NCBI GenBank assembly: GCA_043815665.1
Contig: JBDRIT010000099.1
Location: 15,987-79,986, forward strand
Reading direction: 5' to 3'
Source: Pseudomonadota bacterium
GTDB lineage: Bacteria > Myxococcota_A > UBA9042 > CAIXZC01
Length of the DNA: 64,000 bases
The position numbers and the translations under genes were made by a program. Below, piece by piece: positions 9,955 to 18,102 of the stretch; within the stretch, counting starts at the first letter, position 1, and every line of letters starts with the position of its first letter. The notes beneath the pieces are model-generated. The model saw only the letters and a program-made list of their open reading frames with translations, had not been told where the DNA came from and did no database searches.

Positions 9955-11073
9955 TCACCATTGGCCGGGGTTGCGCCGAAACCGACCGCCGCTCAGCGCC
10001 TCGACGAGGCCCCCGAGCTCGAGCTCGAGGAGCGCGGCGCTCAGGTTCCCGGGATCCAACGCCGCCCGTCGCCCGATGTCATCAAGGTGGCGACCTTCGC
10101 CACCCGTATCCAGGACCGCCAACACCTTCTGCCCGACTGCGCCCACCGGTGAGGACCTCGGTGAGACCTCTCCGACCTGCCTCTCCAGGGCCTGGTTCCA
10201 GGCCGGGAGGTCCTCCGGACCTCGCAGGGGGAGGGCCCCCTCTGACAGCAGGCGACGGGCGCCTTCGGACCTCAGACAGCCCGGTTGCCCGGGGACTGTA
10301 AGCACCTTGCGTCCGCATTTCAAGGCAAACCGCGCGGTGCTCAGGGCGCCGCTACGCGGCGGCGCTTCAACCACAACGACGGCCGTGGCGAACCCAGCGA
10401 TGATGCGGTTCCGATCAAGGAAGGACCAGGGCCTCCCAGCAAAGGTCGGAGCATGTTCGCTCACGAGGGCGCCCCGACGCTCGACGGAGGCAAAGAGGCC
10501 CCGGTGCTGCTGGGGAAAGGGATGCCCCAGCCCGGTGCCGGCGACCACCACGGTGCGCCCCCCGGCAGCCAGGGCGCCGCGGTGCGCCGCCCCGTCGATC
10601 CCGAGGGCCCCCCCGCTGACCACCCACCCCCCCCGGGCGACCCACGCTGCAGCCAGCGCGGCGGCCAGGTCCTCCCCCTCCCGAGACGAGGCCCGGGTCC
10701 CGACCACGGCGAGGGCCTGGCCCGCGGGCACCTCGCCCCGGCCGACGAGGAGCGCGACGGGCTCGCTGCCGCAGTCGAGGCTCGAGGGCCAGGTCGCATC
10801 CCCGGGCGCAAGAACCCAGCCCCCCAGGGTCTCCAGGTACTCCAGCGCGTCCCGGGTCGCCCGGTGGGCCCGGCGCCAACGCCGGGGATCGGGTTCCGCA
10901 GAGACCATGGCGGCGGCACGCTCAGCGGCCCCCCCCTCCGCATGGATCCGTGCGGCGAGGGACCGGCTCGCACCAGGATCCGTCGCCGCGAGCGCCAGAC
11001 GCCGACGGGGCTCGTCGAGCCCCTCCACGAGCCGGAGCCAGCGTGCCCCAGCGTCCTCCTCCCGTGCCCGCAT
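9955..11073 (-). CDS. dprA: DNA processing protein DprA (Smf)
   Basis: AVVGTR, VSGGALGIDGAAH, RNRIIAG, SGALST, LLELEL; GGAGG upstream of ATG 11073; dprA-topA synteny. Confidence 0.93.
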   Translation of the reverse strand: MRAREEDAGARWLRLVEGLDEPRRRLALAATDPGASRSLAARIHAEGGAAERAAAMVSAEPDPRRWRRAHRATRDALEYLETLGGWVLAPGDATWPSSLDCGSEPVALLVGRGEVPAGQALAVVGTRASSREGEDLAAALAAAWVARGGWVVSGGALGIDGAAHRGALAAGGRTVVVAGTGLGHPFPQQHRGLFASVERRGALVSEHAPTFAGRPWSFLDRNRIIAGFATAVVVVEAPPRSGALSTARFALKCGRKVLTVPGQPGCLRSEGARRLLSEGALPLRGPEDLPAWNQALERQVGEVSPRSSPVGAVGQKVLAVLDTGGEGRHLDDIGRRAALDPGNLSAALLELELGGLVEALSGGRFRRNPGQW

Positions 11074-11169
11074 CAAACACCTCCTCCCGCCCCGGGATTT
11101 GCCCTTCCCCGCGGACCCGGCGACGGGTATATTCACTGTTATTCGACCCGGACACTCGGAGGGGAAGCG

Positions 11170-12429
11170 TTGTTCGCATCGAAAGTCGATTCCAACGGTC
11201 CTCCAGGGCACGTCCGGGTGCTCTTCCTGGCCGCGGTGACCCTCACCATCGCCGCCTGCGACGGGGGCGGCCCCGAGCCCGTGCTCGACCTCGGGGGGGG
11301 ACTCCCGGGGGTCGACACGATCCAGGGGGTGGACACACCCCCGGTGACACCCCCGGTGGTTGACATCGAGACCGTTGGTGACCAGCTCGTGTCCATCTCC
11401 GGCGTCGGCGGGACGATCAAAGCCCGGTTCTATACCCCCCACGGATGCGATGCGGATGATCCCTGCCCCGGCCTGGTGCTGGTGCCGGACCTCGGCGAGG
11501 CAGGAACGGAGCGGTACCCGACAGACCTCGTCAAGGGGTTGGCGGTGCTCACGGAGACGGTGATCGCCGTCTACAATCCACCCGGCTTCGGCGATGGCGC
11601 GGAGCGGAGCGCCGGCGACGAGGACTTCGGCGGTGTTCGGGATCAGGACGCACTCAAGGACGTGCTGGACCGGCTCGCGGACGCAGCGGGCGTCGAGGAG
11701 GACCACATGGGGGTCCTCTCCTTCGGCGGCGGGCTGGCCGCTGCCGCCGGGGCCGTCGCACGCTTCGGCCCCACGAACCTCACCTACGTGGACTACATCA
11801 TCGATCTCGAGGGCGTGACCAACCGCTGCTACCTCTCACAGTCCCCCTACACCATCGACCCCGGGGGCAACCACGTGAACACCGACGGCCCCGGACCCAC
11901 CCTGAGCCGCTGCGACTTCCAATGGTTCCCTCGGGAGGTGAAGTTCCCCGCTGGCACCTCCTCCAACGGCAAGGGCACCGACGGGACCCCGAACGCCTAC
12001 ATCTGCAACAAGTTCGCATTTCCCCTGGCCGAGGCAGGGAGCACCTGCGCGGACGACCCCTGGTGGAAGGAGCGGGAGGCCCGCACCTACCTGCCGGACC
12101 TCGAGGTCCATTACCTCCGTCTCCAGTTCCTCCACGACCACTGGCAACCCACCCGCTACGCGGCCAGGGAGACGATCCGATGGCTGGTGCAGGGCAGCCG
12201 CCAGGCCAGCTTCCAGCTCAACGACTTCGCGAAGGACGCCATGCTCGCCGGGTACACCGAGGTGCAGCTGGAGGGCGCGGGGGCCTACCTGGCACCGCCG
12301 GGCATCGGCAACGGACTCGGGTCGGCGATCTACGACGACGACGGGAACTTTGAGGCGGTGACCCCGGAGGAGCTCCTCCTCCTGGTCCTCCCCAAGTACG
12401 TCGAACGGATGCAGAAGAGGGTCAAATGA
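11170..12429 (+). CDS. Putative lipoprotein, alpha/beta-hydrolase-like
   Basis: Lipobox-like TIAAC; YNPPGFG; GVLSFGGG nucleophile-elbow-like motif; TTG start after GGAGG inferred within ORF 10285..12429. Confidence 0.6.
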   Translation: MFASKVDSNGPPGHVRVLFLAAVTLTIAACDGGGPEPVLDLGGGLPGVDTIQGVDTPPVTPPVVDIETVGDQLVSISGVGGTIKARFYTPHGCDADDPCPGLVLVPDLGEAGTERYPTDLVKGLAVLTETVIAVYNPPGFGDGAERSAGDEDFGGVRDQDALKDVLDRLADAAGVEEDHMGVLSFGGGLAAAAGAVARFGPTNLTYVDYIIDLEGVTNRCYLSQSPYTIDPGGNHVNTDGPGPTLSRCDFQWFPREVKFPAGTSSNGKGTDGTPNAYICNKFAFPLAEAGSTCADDPWWKEREARTYLPDLEVHYLRLQFLHDHWQPTRYAARETIRWLVQGSRQASFQLNDFAKDAMLAGYTEVQLEGAGAYLAPPGIGNGLGSAIYDDDGNFEAVTPEELLLLVLPKYVERMQKRVK

Positions 12430-13106
12430 AGATCGGCCTGGAGCGGGCGGAGGGCTGTCGGTTCATCGCGGTCGCGGGGAACATCGGCGCGGGAAAGAGC
12501 ACGCTGGTCCACTTCGTCGAGCAGCGGTTCGGGGTGAAGCCCTTCTTCGAGCCCAACGAGCTGAACCCCTACCTCAAGGACTTCTACCGGGACATGAAGC
12601 GCTGGGCCTTCCACTCCCAGATGCACTTCCTGGCCCTGCGCCTGGCCCACCACCAGCGGCTCCTCGAGGAACCCGGGGTGGTGATCCAGGACCGGACGAT
12701 CTACGAGGACGCAGAGATCTTCGCGACGAACCTCTACCGCTCCCGGATCATGTCCAAGCGGGAGTACGAGAGCTACCGCGCGATGTACGAGGCGATCATG
12801 GTGCAGCTCCCAGCCCCGGATCTCCTGATCTACCTGCGCTGCTCGGTCCGCACCGCGCGGCGACGCATCCGGGAGCGGGGACGCCCCGAGGAGCGTGCGA
12901 TCCCCTACCGCTATGTGCGGCGGATCCATGACCTGTACGAGGAGTGGCTCACCTCGTGGGATCGGTCCCCGACCCTGGTGCTCGAGTCCGACAAGATGGA
13001 CTACATCCACGACCTGGCCTATCGCGCGGATCTGCTGCAGATCATCGCCAACACCCTGGGCGTCAACCCCAACGACAAGGTGTACGGCCGCCGCTCCTCG
13101 CGCTGA
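12426..13106 (+). CDS. Deoxynucleoside kinase (Dck/Dgk family)
   Basis: IAVAGNIGAGKST P-loop, NPYLKDFY, QDRTIYED, PDLLIYL, RIRERGR. Confidence 0.9.
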   Translation: MKIGLERAEGCRFIAVAGNIGAGKSTLVHFVEQRFGVKPFFEPNELNPYLKDFYRDMKRWAFHSQMHFLALRLAHHQRLLEEPGVVIQDRTIYEDAEIFATNLYRSRIMSKREYESYRAMYEAIMVQLPAPDLLIYLRCSVRTARRRIRERGRPEERAIPYRYVRRIHDLYEEWLTSWDRSPTLVLESDKMDYIHDLAYRADLLQIIANTLGVNPNDKVYGRRSSR

Positions 13107-13111
13107 GGGGG

Positions 13112-14047
13112 CTACAGCTTCCGGACGGTCTTGGGATCCATGTCGATGGACATGAGACCGATGCGGAGCTTGACGCGACCACGGGCGTCGACCCCGGCGA
13201 CTTCGCCCCGCTGGCCTGACAGGAGGCCCTGGATCACCTCGACGCTGTCCCCCGGCTTGAGCCCGGTGGCCTTCTTGACCCGCTCCTTCCGCTCCTCCTT
13301 GAGCTTCCGGGCGAGGCCCAGCCGATCCGTCCCGGGGGACCACGCGGCGTAGCGATACAAGCCGACGAGGCCCGGCAGGGCCGCGGCCACCGCGTCAGCG
13401 AGCTCCGCTCCGGCGGCCACCACTGCGTCCCGGTCCCAGCTGAGGGCGACCCGGAACCAGCAGGCGAGGTCGCTCAAGGGCGCTGCCTCACCGTCGGCCC
13501 ACTGGGCCGGGGTCCAGGTGCATCCGTCCATGGAGACCGTAGCGCCCTCCGGCAGGCCCTCGAGGACCACGGGCAGGCGGCTCCTCTCCATGGGGTCATC
13601 CAGCGCCGCGGCCAGGTTCCGGCGATCCAGCACCGCCCGGGAATGGAGCCAGAATCCTACGCAGAGGCCGCCCTGATCCAGGCGGACCCCGACGAACGCG
13701 AAGCGGTGCATCGCGTGGGGGTCCCGGAGGGTGTCCGCGAGGGAGATCTCACGGTCGACCACGCGACCCACCTCACTCCGCTCCGACCCGGTGCGCTCGA
13801 GATACAACCACAGCCCGTCGACCCGGTGACCGTTGAAGACCCCCGGCGTCGGGTCGGTCCGAATCCACGCGAGCCCCTCGGTCTCTCCGAGCCGGGCGGC
13901 CGACAACCTCCGCTCCAGCGCAGCGAGGGCCCCCGCTGCGCGCATCCGCTCCAGGCCGAACCGGTGGGAGGACCACTTGCGCTCCTCGAATGCATCGAGA
14001 TGCGCCACGGTGATCCCGTTGAACTCCCTCGGCTCCAGATCGAACAT
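13112..14047 (-). CDS. Hypothetical protein with C-terminal NusG-like KOW domain
   Basis: C-terminus LKPGDSVEVIQGLLSGQRGEV..DARGRVKLRIG matches a KOW pattern; N-terminal domain unassigned. Confidence 0.65.
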   Translation of the reverse strand: MFDLEPREFNGITVAHLDAFEERKWSSHRFGLERMRAAGALAALERRLSAARLGETEGLAWIRTDPTPGVFNGHRVDGLWLYLERTGSERSEVGRVVDREISLADTLRDPHAMHRFAFVGVRLDQGGLCVGFWLHSRAVLDRRNLAAALDDPMERSRLPVVLEGLPEGATVSMDGCTWTPAQWADGEAAPLSDLACWFRVALSWDRDAVVAAGAELADAVAAALPGLVGLYRYAAWSPGTDRLGLARKLKEERKERVKKATGLKPGDSVEVIQGLLSGQRGEVAGVDARGRVKLRIGLMSIDMDPKTVRKL

Positions 14048-14128
14048 CGAACCCCCCACCCCGGCAGGCCGGGCGTCGGTGAGTATAGCGACACTCATCG
14101 GAGGGGCCAATGAAAATCGGGGGCGGCG

Positions 14129-14158
14129 TTGACCCCCTCCTTCCGTTCTATGTATACT
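14129..14158 (+). promoter_or_regulatory. Putative sigma70 promoter of the C25 surface-protein locus
   Basis: TTGACC-N18-TATACT, 42 nt upstream of ATG 14200. Confidence 0.45.
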
Positions 14159-14199
14159 TCTGCGGTTTGACGCCTCGATCCGGGGAAGGAGTGACAACC

Positions 14200-17100
14200 A
14201 TGCACGCCCGCCTGCTCGGTCTCGCCCTCCTGGTCTGCATGTCCCCGAACCCGGCGAAGGCAACGCCCACGTGGGTGGGCCTCGAGCGGGAGGCCCCTGA
14301 CGACGGGACCCCCTGGTCGATCCAGCTGCAGCGCCTCGACGGCGATCTCGTGCGGGTGGAGATGACCCTGGACGGCTTCCTCCGCGTCCCCGTCGACCAG
14401 GGCGGCTCCCGGTTCGAGGAGATCCGCCTCCCCGGCGCCGGCACCACCCGGACCCCGGGTCTCCCGGCCCTTCCCATGCTCCGGCAACGCCTCCTCGGCG
14501 CGCTGGACGGCACGCCACAGATCCTCCAGATCGAGGCAGACACCGTGCGCATCGACGACGTCATCCCCGCCCCGCACACCCCGCGACCCAAGCGCTGTGG
14601 CGGTGAGTGGTCCGAACGCACGACCTGCGACGCGGAGTGGTACCAGTCCGGGGAGGTCTTTCCCGAGACCTGGGCCGAGGTCCACCGGGGGGGCCTCCTG
14701 CGCTCGATCCCCGTGGTGGAGCTCACCCTGTCCCCGTTCCGCTACCACCCCGCGACCCGGGAACTGGAGGTCGCACGCCGCCTGGTAATCACCCTCTCCA
14801 TGGCCCCACTGGACGGCGCAGCCCTGCCCGCTCGGGCCTTCTCCCGGCCCTTCACGGAGGAGGTGAAGCGCACGTTCCTGGACCCGTTCCCGGCGCTCCG
14901 GGAGGGCCCCCAGGGAGCGACGGAGCGCCTCCTCGTCCTGGCCCACGACGACCTGGCCCCGGCCTTGGACGAGTACATCACCTGGAAGCGCAACTCCGGC
15001 CTGGACGTAGACCTGGTGCTCCTGAGCTCCGTGGGATCGACCTGGACCGATGTCGCTCAGTTCCTGTCCGACGAGTACTTCGACGCAGCCGTCGCGCCCA
15101 CCTACGTGCTCCTGGTGGGAGACGGGGAGGGCCCGACCACGGTGCCTTACGTGCCCAGCCCCTTCGGCTGCGCGTCGGACTTCCTCTACACCACCGTGGA
15201 CGGAGGGGACCTCTACTCCGACTTCCTCATCGGGCGCTTCTCCGCGGACGCCCTCTCCCAGGCAGCCCTCCAGGCCGGGAAGGTGATCTGGTACGAGCGG
15301 GACCTGCTCCCCGAGGCGGGGTCCTGGGTCCCGCGCTCGATCTGCATCTCCTCCAGCGAGGGCTCCGGCGGATCCAACGACGACGTCCGCTCGGACATCG
15401 TCTGCGGTCTGCAGGACGCCGCGGGGTACGAGACCTCCAAGCTCTACAACTCCATGGGCAACGACACCGCGGCCAACATCTCCTCTTCGATCAACGAGGG
15501 GTTGGGCTGGATCACCTACCTCGGGCACGGCTCCGGGACCTCCTGGGCCACCACCAGCCCGCCCTACAGCAGCAGCCACATCACCCAGCTCCAGAACACG
15601 GATATGCTGCCGGTGATCATGGACGTCTCCTGCTCCAACGGCGGGTTCGACAGCGGGGACGGCGACTGCTTCGCCGAGGCCTGGCTGAAGACCGGGGCGG
15701 TGGGGGACCTCCGGGCTGCGATCGGCTCCTACTCCGCGTCCACCCCCGCCGCCTGGGACGAGCCAGCGGAGATGGCCATCGGCTTCGCCAAGGCGATCCT
15801 CGAGGAGGACATCTCCCGCTACGGAGAGGCCTGCCTCTTCGCCCGGGGCTACATGATGGACGTGCTCCCGGGGTACGGCTCCATCGAGGAGGTCTGTCAC
15901 CAGTACGTGATCTTCGGGGATCCCTCGCTCCAGCTCCGCTCCGAGGTGCCCTGGACCCCCGAGGTCCAGCTCCCCGCGGTGATCCCCGTGGGCCTGCCGA
16001 GCATCGAGGTGACCGTGACCCGGGCCGGCCTCCCCGCGGTGGGGGCCTCGGTGGTGGCGCGGAAGGGCGCAGAGTTCTACACCGCGGCGCTCACCGGTGC
16101 GGACGGCGTGGCCGTCCTGGCCATCACACCCGTCGCGCCGGGCACGGTGGAGGTGTGGGTCACCGCACCCAACGCGGCCACGTGGGAGGGGACGGTCCTG
16201 GTCACCGCCACGGGCTGCGGCGTCCTCCTCGCTGCCCCGAAGATGATCGGCTGCGACGGGACCCTGTCCTTCACCCTCTTCGACGAGGATCTCAACCTGT
16301 CAGCGGGGCAGGCGGAGACGATCCAGATCCTGGCCGCCGCGGGGGGCGCACCGATGGCGTTCACCCTCACCGAGGACGGCCCCGACGCGGGCAAGTTCAC
16401 CGGCACCCTCCCCCTCTCCGCCACCCCCCACCAGGGCAAGCTCGTGGTCGCGCACGGAGACACGGTCACGGCGAGCTACACCGACGCGGACTGCGACGGC
16501 GCGCCGGCCATGGCCTCCGTGGAGGTGTTGGTGGACTGCCTCTCCCCCGGGATCAGCGACGTCTCGTTCGACGAGATCACCGCGGGGAGCGCCCGGGTCC
16601 TGTTCACCACCGACGAGCCCGCCGACGGCCTGGTCCGGTACGGTGCTCAGACGCCCCCGTCCACCGATGTGTCCGGCCCGGCGGGCGCCACGGCCCACCA
16701 GATGGTGCTCGGCCCCCTCGAGCCCGCCACCACCTACTCCGTGGAGATCCGGGCCCAGGACGCTGCGGGCAACCTCGCCGTGGACGACGCCGGGGGCGCC
16801 TACCACGTCTTCACGACGCCGAGCTGCACCCCCCAGTGCGCGGGGAAGCAATGCGGCGACAATGGGTGCGGAGGGGTCTGTGGATCCTGCTGTGCGGACC
16901 AGGTCTGCCAGGGCGGCCAGTGCGTCGGCGGCCTGGGCTGTGAGGCCACGGACGAGAGCGGCTGCGGCGGCTGCCCCTGCGAGGTCTGCGTCTGCGAGAT
17001 GGACGCCTACTGCTGCAACGGGCAGTGGGACGATATCTGCGCGACGGAGTGCGTGGAGCACTGCGGCGGCTGCCCCACCGAGGGGGACTGCACCGAAAAG

Positions 17101-18102
17101 GAGTGCGGGGACGACGGCTGCGGAGGATCCTGCGGCGGGTGTTCCCAGGGCGAGGAGTGCGTCCTCGGTCATTGCGGAGCCCCCTGCCAACCCGATTGTG
17201 CGGGCAAGGAATGCGGCGGGGACGGCTGCGGAGGCCCTTGCGGCGACTGCGCCGAGGGCACCACCTGCAGCGAGGACCAGGAATGCCTCGATCCCTGCGT
17301 CGGTGTCGGCTTCGAGGGCTGCTGCAACGGAACCACCCTCCATTACTGCGACGCGAACCACGTCATGGAGGTCGACTGCGCGGCCCAGGGCCTCGTCTGC
17401 GGGTGGATGGACAACGTCGGCTGGTACGACTGCACGACGCAGGTCCTCGAAGACCCGTCGGGGGAGCATCCCCTCTGGTGCGACACCGCCTGCAAGCCGG
17501 ACTGTGAAGACAAGGGATGTGGCACCGACGGGTGCGGTGGGACCTGCGGCGACTGCGACGCCGGTGAGACCTGCGGTGACGAGGGCGTCTGTGAGCCGCC
17601 GTGCCCCGATCTCCCGCTGACGGGCTGCTGCGACGGCGACGTCCTGGCCTACTGCGACATCATGGGCGGCGGTGAGGACCAGGCGGACTGCTCCGCCGAC
17701 GGTCTGCGCTGCGGTTGGGACCCGAACGTCGAGAGGTACAACTGCGTCGCGAACCAGACCGCGGACCCCTCCGGGGAGCACCCCCTCTGGTGCCCCGGGG
17801 CCTGCGACCCGGACTGCGAGGGACGGAGCTGCGGCGACGACGGCTGCGGCGGATCCTGCGGCAGCTGCGTGCCGGGCTTCACCTGCGGCGGGGACTTCAT
17901 CTGCACCCTCATGATGCCTGGGGATGACGTCGTCACGGGAGACGGGAGCGGCGGGAACGGCGAGGGGAACGGCGGCGGGACCCGCAGCTCCGGCGGCTGT
18001 GCGGCGGCCGCGCCCGGCGCCGACCCGGGGACGCCTGCGGCCCTGCTGCTAGGAGCGTGTTGCGCATTGCTTCTCCTGCTGCGAATCCGCCTGGAGGCAC
18101 CG
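14200..18102 (+). CDS. Module 1 of ORF 14200..21000: secreted gingipain-like C25 cysteine peptidase with propeptide, Ig/FN3-like domains, Cys-rich repeats and a MYXO-CTERM-like anchor (no stop codon)
   Basis: Signal peptide MHARLLGLALLVCMSPNPAKA; PGLPALP propeptide; YVLLVGD, IGRFS, YLGHGS (His), DVSCSNG (Cys), YVIFGDP; ends GGCAAA..ALLLGACCALLLLLRIR. Confidence 0.8.
17293..17793 (+). repeat. Two copies of a ~63-aa Cys-rich unit (GCCxG..L.YC...DC...GL.CGW....Y.C.....DPSGEHPLWC) separated by a CGxDGCGGxCG unit
   Basis: Seen in translation; both copies end in near-identical DNA (GGGGAGCAyCCCCTCTGGTGC). Confidence 0.75.

Noticed and set aside
9955-11706. Long N-terminal extensions in the ORF track for dprA, 10285.., 13112.., 29461.., 31091.. 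and 46716..
   Set aside because: They overlap neighbouring genes or promoters; downstream starts with an RBS or stop/start overlap fit better
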